NCBI RefSeq assembly: GCF_030144855.1
Contig: NC_082712.1
Location: forward strand, 121,334,001 to 121,398,000
Length of the DNA: 64,000 bases
Source of the DNA: Hypanus sabinus
Lineage: Eukaryota
Direction of reading: 5' to 3'
Positions 48,111 to 60,142 of the stretch are shown here, in pieces. The position numbers were made by a program, and so were the translations under genes. Under the pieces are notes generated by a model. The model searched no databases. It saw nothing but the letters and a program-made list of their open reading frames with translations, and had not been told where the DNA came from. Position 1 is the stretch's first letter, and the number at the start of each line of letters is the position of its first letter.

Positions 48111-49643
48111 CCACAGAATGCTGGTGGAACACAGCAGGCCAGGCAGCATCTGTAGGAGAAGCACTGTCGACGTTTCGGGCTGAGACCCTTCGTCAGGACT
48201 AACTGAAGGGAGAGATACTAAGAGATTTGAAAGTAGTGGAGGGAGGGGGAAATGCGAAATGATAGGAGAAGATCGGAGGGGGTGGGATGAAGCTAAGAGC
48301 TGGAAAGGTGATTGGCGAAAGTGATACAGAGCTGGAGAAGGGAAAGGATAATGGGACAGGAGGCCTCGGGAGAAAGAAAGTGGAAGGGGGGAGCACCAGA
48401 GAGTGATGGAGAACAGGCAGGGTGATGGGCAGAGAGAGAAAAAAAAAACACAAAACTAAATATGTCAGGGATGGGGTTAGAAGGGGAGGAGGGGCATTAA
48501 CGGAAGGTAGAGAAGTCAATGTTCATGCCATCAGGTTGGAGGCTACCCAGCCGGTATATAAGGTGTTGTTCCTCCAACCTGAGTGTGGATTCATCTTGAC
48601 AGTAGAGAAGGCCATGGATAGACATATCAGAATGGGAATGGGACGAGGAATTAAATTGTGTGGCCACTGGGAGATCCTCCTTTCTCTGGCGGACCGAGCG
48701 TAGGTGTTCAGTGAAACGGTCTCCTAGTCTGCGTCGGGTCTCATCAATATATAAAAGGCCACACCGGGAGCACCGGATGCAGTATACCACACCAGCCGAC
48801 TCACAGGTGAAGTGTCGCCTCACCTGGAAGGCTGTCTGGGGCCCTGAATGGTGGTGAGGGAGGAAGTGTAAGGGCAGGTGTAGCACTTGTTTCGTTTGCA
48901 AGAATAAGTGCCAGGAGGGAGATTGCTGGGAAGGGATGGGGGGGACGAGTGGACAAGAGAGTTGCGTAGGGAGTGATCCCTGCAGAAAGCAGAAAGGGGG
49001 GGAGGGAAAGATATGCTTGGTAGTGGGATCCCATTGGAGGTGACGGAAGTTACGGAGAATTATACATTGGACCTGGAGGCTGGTGGGGTGGTAGGTGAGG
49101 ACAAGGGGAACCCTATCCCGAGTGGGGTGGCGGGTGGATGGGGTGAGGACAGATGTGCGGGAATTGGGAGAGATGCGTTTGAGAGCAGAGTTGATGGTGG
49201 AAGAAGGAAAGCCCCTTTGTTTAAAAACGGAAGACATCTCCTTCGTCCTGGAATGAAAAGCCTCATCTGGAGAGACAGTCCATGTTCCAACTCTATACAG
49301 GTATCCGTCCCCCTCTTTTCCTTCGCTACATCGAGGACTGCATTGGCACTGCCTCCTGCACACGTGCTGAGCTCGTTGACTTCATTAACTTTTCTCCAAC
49401 TTTCACTCTGCCCTCAAATTTATCTGGTCCATTTCCGATACTTCCCTCCATTTTCTTGATCTTTCTGTCTCCATCTCTGGAGACGGCTTATCTACTGATA
49501 TCTACTATAAGCCTACAGACTCTCACAGCTACCTGGACTATTCCCCTTCCCACCCTGTCTCTTGCAAAAATGCTATCCCCTTCTCAAAATTCCTCCATCT
49601 CTGCCACATCTGCTCTCAGGTGCACCTACCACCCCACCAGCCT
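48111..49643 (-). mobile_element. Penelope-like retroelement (RT C-terminus plus GIY-YIG endonuclease) with 5' inversion
   Basis: Minus ORF FTCESAGVVYCIRCSRCGLLYIDETRRRLGDRFTEH...EQHLIYRLGSLQPDGMN; the + segment 49275-49620 encodes RT motifs FLRYIEDC, TDIYYKPTDSHSYLDY and CHICSQ. Confidence 0.93.
48166..48199 (-). ncRNA. Minimal type I hammerhead ribozyme motif (intact core)
   Basis: Minus strand GTC-CTGACGA-A-GGGT(CTCA)GCCC-GAAAC-GTC-GAC: stem I GTC/GAC, conserved core, palindromic ACGT stem III, GUC cleavage triplet. Confidence 0.8.
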
Positions 49644-49644
49644 G

Positions 49645-50580
49645 GTGAAAGGTGAAATATTTCAGGGGAACCTGAGGGGAACTTCTTCACTCAGAGGGTG
49701 GTGCAATTGTGGAATAAGCTGCCAGCAGAAGTGATACATACTGGTTCAATTCCAACATTTAAGAGAAGTTTCTATAGATACATAGATAGGAAGGGTATAG
49801 TTAGCTATGGTCCAGGTGCACATCAATGGGCCTAGGCAGAATAACAGTTCAGCTTGGACTAGATGAGCAGAAAGGCCTGCTTCTGTGCTGAAGTGCTCCA
49901 TGACTCTAACTACATTCTACAAAGTTTTAAATGTACATACATGCATGTTTCTCAGAAGACTAGCATTGGATACAGTGAGTAATTAGGAAGACAAACAATG
50001 CTCAGTTTTTTTGTAAAGGAAGTTGAAACGAACAAATCGGAACAGTTTTCAGTAATATGAGGTGTTGAAACTATATCTGGGGTACTTCCTACTTAAGGGC
50101 AGTTGATAATAAATTAGAAGCAATTCAGGGCACTTTCACTAGACTATTCAGCAGATTAGAAGCAAATGCTATACTTGTAGCTGCTGGAGTTCAGAAAAAT
50201 ATATGGCGGTCTTGATTAAAATACATAAAATTCTGAGGGATGTCCCGACAGCCTAGAGGTGGAGAGGATATGTGCTCTTTTTAGAGAATTCTTGAATTCT
50301 TTTGTAGAATTAAATGTAACCAGTTAAGAGCAAGGTGAATTTTTTTATTTCAAAAGGCATGCTAATCTTTGGAACTCCCCTTACCAAACTCTCTCTATCA
50401 AACTCTCCCTTTCTGTCTCATTCATCAATGGAAAAGGAGTATTTAGAAGAGATTGATAGAAATTCATGATAAGCAAGGGATTGCAAAATTACTGCAAGAA
50501 GACAGGAAAATGTAATTGAAGTTGTAATTAGTTTACACAATCTGGCTCAAGTGATTGAGTGGTTACACTTGCCTTTAATT
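49645..50580 (+). mobile_element. CR1 3' ends (younger 49645-49910; older 49960-50580)
   Basis: gaacttcttcactcagagggtgg and gaaaggcctgcttctgtgctg motifs. Confidence 0.7.
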
Positions 50581-51379
50581 CACATGAACTGTATATTTGA
50601 TGCAGTTGGTCAGTATTTTGATATTAACTCACAAGAGAGAGTGTATGCCCAATGGGGATTCAAGAACTGACGAGAAGCAGCATGAATTAGGGAGAGCATT
50701 GAATTGAGCAGGAAATGGAAACCAAGCACGTTGAACTAAATATTCAGAGTATAATGGTGCTGTAATAGAAGAAGGGGTGGAAGAGAGTGGAACAGGTGGA
50801 ACAGAAAGGATTTTGTTGAAAAGTTAAGGACATGAATAAGGAACAGTTTATTTCAGAAAGTTTAAGAGATGGAAAAATGTAAGTGTCAACATGTAAGAAG
50901 GTGGATTTGGGATTTTTGGCGATTAGGAAAGCTTCTACAAATTAAGACTTCATAGTTTCTCCACTTAATGGTTTTCAGTGTGGATAATTGCACAATATGA
51001 CTTTTACTTTGCTTCTTGTAAGGCTTTTAAAGATTATTTTATGAAATCTGCTCAGTCATTGTTAAATTTCTGGCTAGTGTTTGAGGAGTGTAACATCTGC
51101 TTCTCACTTATAGTCCCAGCTGGAGCGGCACTGAAGAAAAGGAGGACTGACATAAAGTAGAGAACATTTAAAATATTACTAGACTTATGTGGTGTTGAGT
51201 GTTGCTGTAAAAATCAATTGTAATATTCTAAATTGTTAGATTAGGAATGTCCTTAGGAAATTAGGAAGAATCTGAAAATTCTTCAAAAGCCTATAATGAT
51301 ACATAAAAATAATACTAACTTACATTTGTTGGCCAAAATCTAATATAGACTAATGAAATCTGTCTGGTCCTTCAGTTTA

Positions 51380-51650
51380 TTTGATTTATTTTTGAGATGG
51401 AGTGCAAAACAGGTCCTTCCAGCCCTTCGAGATGCACTGGCCAGCAATCCCGATTTAATTCTAGCCTAATCATGGGACAATTTACCATAACAAATTAACC
51501 TACCAACCTATATATCTTTGGAGTGTGGGAGGAAACCAAAGCACCCAGAGGAATCCCATGCAATCCTGGGGAGAACCTACAAACTCCTTATGGGAATTGA
51601 ACCTATGTCGCTGGTGCTGCAAAGTGTGCTAACCGCTATGCTACCATGCT
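51380..51650 (-). mobile_element. V-SINE (HE1-like), near full length
   Basis: T-rich tail, CR1-like 3' part and V domain gtgggaggaaaccaaagcacccagagg...acaaactcctta. Confidence 0.82.
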
Positions 51651-52339
51651 TCTATGGCTATGTATATTCCTAACGGCTATCAACCGTTGCTTCTCTCTTT
51701 GTTGATCCTTAAATAAGTAGTAAGTGCTTCTGATATTCTGCCAGAGAAAGTGGAGGAAGAAGATGATAGCAAGATTTAAGAGGCATTTAGGCAGACACGT
51801 TAACAGACAGTGAATAGAGGGATAGGGATCGTGTATAGTTTAAATCTGCATAGTGGTTGTCACAGTCACAATGGGCCAAAAGGCATGCTCCTGATCTAGA
51901 TTGTTCCATGTTCTTCGAGCTCCTGCTCAGTGGTTGTACCCATAGGCCTGAAGCAGATGTACTTTGTTAACAATCCAGTTGTTGTCCAGTGTGCCTGAGA
52001 GGTTGCCTTTCGACGTCTGCTGGAAGATCATAAAATGCAATTCCTGTCTGTCACCTTGTGTGCACTGGTCTGCTTAACCCTGGTCAATGTCATATCTCCT
52101 CTAAAGTCTGAGACTAGTCTGTCCTTTGAATGTAGAGCCTGCAAATAATCTCGGGCACTTCGATGTGAAATTTGTAGTTAAAAGCAAGTAAATGATTTTA
52201 ATAAAAATGTTAGAAATTCCTCATTTCAATGTGAAATGTAATAATCAGAATTTGAAACACAAAGAAGGCAAAACTCCAGCCACATCATTCTTATTGCTAA
52301 CATCCTAAGAGGAGAATAATCATTGTTTGTTGATAGATT

Positions 52340-54690
52340 TATAAATTCATAGAGGTATGCACAACAATGTATCAGGTCCTTTAGCCCAGCTCATCCCTGT
52401 TACCCAATATGCCTACCTACACTGATCCTATTTGGCCCATGACCCTTTTCACCTTCCCTATCCATGTACTGTACCTTTCCAACTGTATTTCAAATGTTGT
52501 AAATCTATATGTCTCTACCACCCCCTCAGACAACTCACTCCAAGCATTCATCTCTATGTGTAAAAAAAAAATTGCCCCTTAGATCCCTTTTAAATCTTCC
52601 CCATCCCACTTTATGCCAGTGCCCTGTAGTTTTAGATTTCCCTATCTGGAAACAGGACTGTGATCACCTGCCTAGTTCAGCCCATCATCATTTTGTAAAT
52701 CTCTCCTCTCAAAACAATCACCTTCGGTCTCTGTCACTCTAGGGAAAGCAGGTGAAGCTGATCCAATTGCTCCATGTAACTCAAGCACTGAAGTTCAGGC
52801 AACATCTGTAAAACCTTTCTGCACCCTCTCTAACTTAACCACATCCTTCCAATAGGCTGTTCACCAGAACTACAAATGATATTCCAGGTACAGCCTATCC
52901 AGTGATTTGTGCAACGGTACTGTGATGTCCCTACTCCTATATTCAGTACCTCGGCAGAAGAAGTTCAAAATAAATTTATTATCGAAGTATATATGTGTCA
53001 CCATAAACAACCCTGAGATTTGTTTTCCTGCAGGCATACTCAGACAATCCAAGAAACTTAATAAGATCAATGAAAGATCACACTCAACAGGGTGGACAAA
53101 TACTCAATGTTCCCAAGACAACAAACTGTATAAATACAAAAGGGAAAAAAAGAAACGAGGAATAACTAAATAAGCACTAAATATCGGAAACATGAGATGA
53201 AGAGTCCTCGAAAATGAATCCACAATTTGTGGGTACATTTCAGTGCTGGGGCAAGTGAAGTTGAGTGAAGTTATCCCCTTTGCTTCAAGTGCCCTTTGTT
53301 ATCCCCTTTGCTTCAAGTGCTGAGTGTAATAACTTTTCCTGGACCTGGTGGTGTGGGTCCTGAGGCTCCTGTACCTTCTTCCTGAAGGTAGCAGCGAGCA
53401 GAAAGCATTGCAGTGGTGGTGGGAATCGTTAATGATGGATGCTCCTTTCCTGTGACAGTGTTCTGTGTAGATGTGACCAGTGGTGGGGAGGGCTTTACCC
53501 ATGACGGCCTGAGCCATACACACTATTTTTGTAGGATTTTTCATTCAAGGCCATTCAGGCTGTCATGCACCCAGTAGAGGTGCTGCTGTGCTTTCTTTGT
53601 AATTGAACATGCCAGGACAGGTCCTACAAAACACCGAGGCAGGCATATCATACCACCTCTTCACCACTATATGTCAGCACTTTCAGGGAACTGTGTATAT
53701 GCATCTCAAATTTTATTTGCTTAAGAAGCTTAGGGCCCTGCCATCCACAATGACTGAGGGTACACCTGGTAAGGCTCCAAGGATTTGTCCATCTTTATGC
53801 TCTTCAATACTATCAACACCTTCATCATTGTAATGTCCGTATGCTTCAAGATATCATAGCTCTCATCCATGAACTCATTCCTTTTCCGTGATAAATGCAG
53901 ATGAGAGGTATTTATTTAAAACTTTGTCCATCTCTTGTGGCTCCACATACAGATTATCCAAACTGACTTTTAAGGGGATCTATTGTCTCCCTTGATTTCT
54001 TTTTGTTCTTAATGTACTTACAGAATGTTTTAGGATTCTCCTTTACCTTAGTTTCCAGAGACATCTCTTGCCCCTCTTTACCCCTCCTAATTTTCTTGGT
54101 AAGAATATTCCTATAATCCTTTGAGAGACTTGCTTGATCACAGATGCCTATATTGGAGTATGCTGTAGTGGTGTGCTACACACAACGCTGGAATAACGAC
54201 ACGCAGACCATGAGTTGCAGTTGTGTAAAAGATTTATTCAAACTTTGCAGCCTCACTTTTAAGCCTTCCCGTTTCCACCCTCCCCGGGTGGGAATGTTGT
54301 TCACAGTCCCTTCCCACGTGTGGGCTTTTCCCCTTGATGGTGAAGAAGGCCTGGCACCCTTTTTGGGGCCGGCCTCTCTGCTGGCATGCGCCATTTTGTA
54401 AGCTGGTTCGAGTGCGCTGGACAGTGGGTCACCACAATGCCCCCTTTTTCCTGATCAAAGCTCCTCATATACCACGTTCCTTGATTCTGCCTGCATTGCT
54501 CTTCACTCTGACAGGAACATGCAGACCTTGAATTCTCCTTCTCTTACATTTAAAAGCCACCATTTGTCAGACATCCTTTACTTGCCTAAGAGCCTCTCCC
54601 AATCAAACTTTGCAAATTCCTATCTAATGCCATCAACATTAGGACTTTAACTTGTGAACCAGTGCTAGCTTGAAACTTACAGAATTATGG
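52340..54690 (-). mobile_element. CR1 fragments (minus strand) with a nested Rex1/Babar 3' end (~52960-53570) and a solo LTR
   Basis: RGTEYRSRD..LYLEY (CR1); LLPSGRRYRSLRTHTTR (Rex); taggattctcctttacc (CR1). Confidence 0.72.
54164..54436 (-). mobile_element. Short solo LTR (family B), 273 bp
   Basis: TGTAGTG...CACCACA inverted termini; exact 4-bp TSD atgc; TATA-like ttaaaa followed by AATAAA on the minus strand. Confidence 0.85.
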
Positions 54691-55778
54691 TCTCTTTTGT
54701 TAGAGTGAAGTAGTACTGTCTTATTTCACAAAATAATTGCATTATTTGAGGAAAATTGTTTTATTTGAAGCTACAGAGCAAAAATAACTACCTTCAGATA
54801 TATGATTGTGAAATAGAGTCCAGGTGAATTTTCACATGATTGTATATCAAACTTTTTAAAAGATTTCTGGAACTCTATTTTTTCAGAATTCTTTATCAAC
54901 TCCTCTTCATAATAATTTATAATTAATTTTGTCTCTTCGAACTGGGATGCTGTTCTACTTTTGCTGAGCACTTGCAGCTTCTAGACGTACCAATTACACC
55001 AGATATCCTAGGCTTCTGTGATTATATTCATGCAGATGTTGACCTGCCTGATACCACTTGAAAATCATGCTCAATTAAACCTACAAATAATCTTTGATCT
55101 TTAAGCTGATTGAACAATTCCTAAATCATAAATCTCTTTAGGAAGTAATGTTTGGAAAGTGAATGTTGTAATCACATGAAACTGTTCTGGTTATTAGTTT
55201 ACAGAGAGGCAAGGTTAGTTTAAAAAAAAATGATTGTGATTGTGATACCAAAACATTGATAAGGACATGTAAGTTGAATATGAGAGTAGCCAAGCAAGAA
55301 ATATTGAACAGACTGTAAAATTTCTACTGAGATATAAAAAAGTAAAGTAAAACTGGAATATGCTAGATACATTCAGCAGGTTAAGCAGTTTATGAGGGAA
55401 GAAATGCAGAGATAATATTAAGCTAAAGTTAATATGGATCCCTTGCAGACTGAGACAGGAGAAATTGTACAGAGGAGTAAGACACTGGAATGAAAAATCA
55501 AAAATGTTGTGTGCCTTTCTTAATGAAGAAGAGCAATACATGTAAAGTGAATAAGGAGCTAAAAGGTATATGTATTAGAAAATATTACTGTTGGAGAGAA
55601 TAATGACAATGCAAGATGATAAATACCATGTCATAGTGATCTGCATCCGAGGATTTTGAAGGAGTTGGCTGCGGAGAGGGTGGGTGTGCTGGTTGTCCAC
55701 CGTTCCACATTCTATTGATTTGAGTATGGTTCCCATGCGTTGGAATATAGCAAATGTAAACAACACTTAATAGAGAAG

Positions 55779-55921
55779 CCAACAAGTACAAACAAGCTGG
55801 AGGAACTCAGCAGGTCGGGCAGCATCTGTTGAAACGAGCAGTCAACGTTTCGGGCCAAGACCCTTCGTCAGGACATTTGTACGTGTTAATTTGACCACAG
55901 CATCTGCAGTGCACTTTGTAT
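55779..55921. mobile_element. Inverted Penelope-derived element
   Basis: Exact 12-bp TSD ttaatagagaag; inverted arm plus hammerhead, then the 3' tail cagcatctgcagtgcactttgtattt. Confidence 0.85.
55841..55874 (-). ncRNA. Minimal hammerhead ribozyme motif (intact core, GUU triplet)
   Basis: Minus strand GTC-CTGACGA-A-GGGT(CTTG)GCCC-GAAAC-GTT-GAC. Confidence 0.7.
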
Positions 55922-56464
55922 TTAATAGAGAAGGGAGTGTAAAAGCTAGTAGAAAATTGCTGTAATCTATGATCGAGGAAGTGGTAACAGGGCACTCAAT
56001 AATATTACGAATGGGCAGAGTCATTGTAAATTTATGAAAAGGAAAACTATGCTTGACAAATCTGCTTTATCAGGTTGTAACCAGTAGAACAGATAAAGTG
56101 AACAACACACCATGTTGTGTATTTAGTCTTTGGAATGCCTTCCATGAAGTGCCACGTAAAAGAATATTAAACAAAATAGGAGTGCATAATATTCTGGGTA
56201 ATGTATCGGTGTGAATTGAGGTTAGATCAAATAAGAGGTAAAAGAATAGGAACAAATGAGTCTTTTGCAAATTGGGATACTGTGACTAATGGAGTGCTCC
56301 AGGGATTAGTGCACAGGTGGAGTGGGCTCTAGTTATTTACTGTCTTTAACACTTTAGATGAAGTAACTGTGTAATGCATCCATGTTTGCTGTAAAAAGGC
56401 CTTGGTAGCTATGGGTAGGTTAACTTAATGAGCAAGAACGTAGCATATTGAATATAAAATTCCA

Positions 56465-57082
56465 TATGCTCTCGATGCGGCCTCCTTTACATTGATGAGA
56501 CCCATCATAATTTGGGGGTCCGTTTTGGCAAGCACCGCCACACCATTTGCCACAAGTGGGACTTCCCAGTGGTCAAGCATTTTAATTCCCAATCCCATTC
56601 CTGTTCCGACATGTTGATCCATGGCCTCCTCTTGTGCCAAGTTGAAGCCACCCTCATGGTGGAGGAGCAACACCTTATATTCCATCTAGATAGCCTCCAA
56701 CCAGATGGCATGGATATCAAGTTCTCCTACTAGTGAACAAATTCACCCCCCTCCTTCTATTTTCCATTCTGACCTTTCACTTCTTCTCACCTACCTATTA
56801 CTTCCCCCTGGATCACTTCCTCCTTCACTTTCTCTTATGGTCCACTCTCCTGTCCTTTCATACTCTTTCTTCTCCAGCCCTTGACCTTTCCTACCCACCT
56901 GGGCTTTATCATTCACCTTCTAGCTCGCCTCCTTCCCCTCCCCCCACATTTTTATTCTGGCACCTTCCCCCTCCCTTCTCAATCCTGAAGAAGGGTCTCG
57001 GCCCTAAAAGTCGACTGTTTATGCCTTTCCATAGATGCTGCCTGACCTGTTGAGTTCCTTCAGCATTTTGTGAGTGTTGCTT
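56465..57082 (+). mobile_element. Penelope-like element 3' part (GIY-YIG C-terminus, UTR, degenerate hammerhead)
   Basis: FPVVKHFNSQSHSCSDMLIHGLL..EEQHLIFHLDSLQPDGMDIKF; ctgaagaagggtctcggccctaaaagtcgac. Confidence 0.88.
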
Positions 57083-58539
57083 AGAAATATAATAATGAAA
57101 ACATGAAAAATTGAGAAGATTGATCTCTTACAAAAGGAAATACATGGGAGAGCTCAGCAAATTAACTCCAGATGATGGATTTATTCCATGAGGGTGGATT
57201 AAGCAACTTGTGCCTATGCTCTCTAACATTCATACAGGTGATTACATATCAGATATATTCTGAAATGTGCTAATTTCTTATGTACTTGGTTATGTAGATG
57301 CAGTGATCATATTTCCCCTGGAGTCTAGAACCAGCAGCCACAACCGCAAAATAAAGGGTCAGTCATTCAGAATAGAGATGAGGAGAAATGTCATTACTCA
57401 GAGAGTAACGAGTTTTGGGAATGCGCTAACCAAGGAGGCTGTGGAGATTTATTATCTCAGTGTAGTCAATGCTAGCAAGTTTGTTTAGATATTAAGGGAA
57501 TCAAGAAATATAAAGTTAGTGCAGGAACAGGCTGTTGAAATAATAGATCAGCTGTGATCTTATTGAATTTAGAGGAGCAAGCACAAGGGGCTGAATGGCC
57601 TGTTGCTCCTATTGTATTCTGTGTTTGACGAATGAGATGAAAATTGAAAGGCAAGTCCTGTGCCCACTATCACTGGAGAAGACCAGCTTGATACATGGCT
57701 TGTCTCTGTACTGTGACTTTTATGTAATTTTTGTTAACCAGTTCTGGAAATCTGTTAATGCTCTGGGACTTCCATTTGTTTCTCACTGTGGAGGGGGCAA
57801 AACTGTAAAGAGAGCTTGAAATTAGTGACGAGGAAGAGAGATTCGGGATGATGATTCGGCAGAGGATAAATTCTTTAACAGTAAAAGAGATGTTAGAACT
57901 GCAGAGCAAAAAAATTTTGAATTAAAAAAAATAATGTGTATTGGGGGTATTAGTGGTTAAGATAATATCAGAAAATGAAATTAAGAAATTAAAGGCAATT
58001 AATGTGAAATTTTAAGTACTTGCTACGAAGATAGAAATAGATAGTTTTGATCCACTAGACAGTGCAGAAAGTCAGCCGCAGAATGACTGTTAAGAAATAA
58101 ATATCTGTAGTATTTGAAAAACAATTGGTAAATTAAAAAATGAGTTGTTGGTGTAGGACTGTGTGAGGGATGGGCTTGGGTATGAGCAGAAGAGATCAAG
58201 TACCCTAGATTAGAACATCAAGATGTAGAATCTTATGGTGAATTTGTGGAGCCGATCCATGGAGCCCTATACAGCTTATGTAGCATTTTGCCCCAAATGC
58301 ATCTGGATGGCAGCAGGAAACAGGCAGAACACATGGCCCATCTCCAAAGTACTCTGTACAGGGTTCACTTTCATAGCTGGCAATGGAATGGAGATCAGAC
58401 AAAACTTTTCTGAAACTTTTGCCATGATATAGCCTATCTTTCATCACCACCAAGGTGAATTTCTATTCTATGCAGAAAAACTTGAACTGCAAGGTCAGTT
58501 GATATAACTACTAGGCAGCAGTTATCTTCTTCAATAGCA

Positions 58540-58661
58540 GCACGCATAAAACACTGGAAGAACTCAGCAGGCATCTCTGGAGAAGCGAATGCAGTTGACG
58601 TATTGGGCCAAGACCCTTAATCAGGTCTCTTTTTCAGCAGCTCCAGACTTTCTCATGTTTG
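58540..58661. mobile_element. Older inverted Penelope-derived short element
   Basis: ctggaagaactcagcagg...gttgacgtattgggccaagacccttaatcagg, then a decayed tail. Confidence 0.6.
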
Positions 58662-59741
58662 TCATCTTATTCAGTACTTCCCATTGTCCATCATCTGTCT
58701 GACCATCGTCCAGTCTGTGGGATCCTACTGACTGTCCACCATCATTCAAACACCAAGCCAAAAACATTATAAAATGATAAAACAATTAACTCAGTCTTTG
58801 TGTTAGCATGTCCCAGGATTTGAAAACTCAGATGTTTACAGAGAAATAACTGAAGTCCCCAAGGTCAAAAGCACTCATATGATATTAAGTTAAAACGATG
58901 ATGGAAGTAAACTCATAATATTTCTGATGGCACTTTACTGAACATAAGAAGATGCAATTTTATATCTGGCCATGCAGTTGTTAAAGCAACCTTAAGGGCT
59001 TGTTGCCTTAGCTGAATTTAACACTAAATCTAAGAGCAATAAAAAAATGACTAGAAGGTCACTGTTCAAAAATAAAACTTGAATAGATTGAGTAAAACTT
59101 AATATTTCATTAACTGTTATCCTCATTTGGCATATTATTATCACTTTGCTTGAATAATTTGCTGAATTATTAATTTTTCATCCTTGCTATCAATAAAGAG
59201 ACTGCTATGAGCATCTCTTTAATTCATCTGCTTTGCCTGATCAAAACAGGCCATTGAAAGACAGTCCACCTTTGTCAGTGCCCTAATTTGCAAAAGCCTT
59301 TGGATGGATTAACAATAGGAATTCAACTCTTTCAGGAAAGATCATTTCAAATACTTTTTGTGCTTTTCTGCTTCAATACAATTGCTGCATCTTTGAAGTT
59401 ATTCAATTAAAGCATTGTTGGTTGTCTGCGTCTTCCAGCTCTCAGGAAAGAGTGTTGGCTTTCTGATGTCAAATTTTAAAGAGGTTATCATATTGATCCC
59501 TAAATTTTAGAAAAAGAACAGATTCCAAAGGCTTTTTGTTCAAAATTTCCTCATTTTAAGATGAGTTCAATACCGCTTGAAACATCTTCCTCTTTCCCTG
59601 AAGGAACTGTCTTTAAACTGAACCTCTTGTTAAAATCAACAGCAGCCTACTTTCACAAGATGACTTTCATGCTGAGATCCATCTCTCAGGAACTCCACTG
59701 CCTCTCTGCTTCCATGCTGCTTCTGTATCATCTCCATAGAG

Positions 59742-59820
59742 CAGGGGTTTTGAACCTGGGGTCCATGGACCCCCTGGTTAATGACAGGGGTCCATGCCAT
59801 AAAAAACATTGGGAACCATG
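59742..59820. mobile_element. Tiny hAT-Charlie-like MITE (79 bp)
   Basis: CAGGGGTTTTGAACC...TTGGGAACCATG ends, internal GGGGTCCATGGACCCC palindrome and a partial 8-bp TSD ccatagag/ccatcaaa. Confidence 0.6.
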
Positions 59821-60142
59821 CCATCAAATCTTCAAGGGATGCAGAGATCCAGACCATCAACTACCCATTTACAATCATCTTGCATTAATCCCATATTTTA
59901 TTCTTCCTACATTCCCTTAGGTTTTACATACTAGAGGCAATTTGCAGTGGCCATTTAACCTTGCAGAATCACAGAGTAGCAGAATCTTTGCAAATACATT
60001 AAAAGGAACGCAGTAACCAAAAACTGATGAAAGGACAAATGGTTGTAATTAATGTGATGTCATCCCAATTTGCATCTAGGATATATTCCAAGCTTGTTTG
60101 TTTGGTAGCTTGTGATGGATAACATCTTGTTTTATTTGACAG

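Larger units (their letters stand above)
55400..57620 (+). mobile_element. Old CR1 RT region with Penelope insertions
   Basis: gatctgcatccgaggattttgaagga (LHPRILKE), tgcttgacaaatctgct (CLTNL), ggagtgctccaggga and the CR1 3'UTR gctgaatggcct. Confidence 0.7.

Noticed and set aside
51114-51160. Acceptor-like site followed by VPAGAALKKRRTDIK*
   Set aside because: No convincing donor or poly(A) context; too weak to call an exon.
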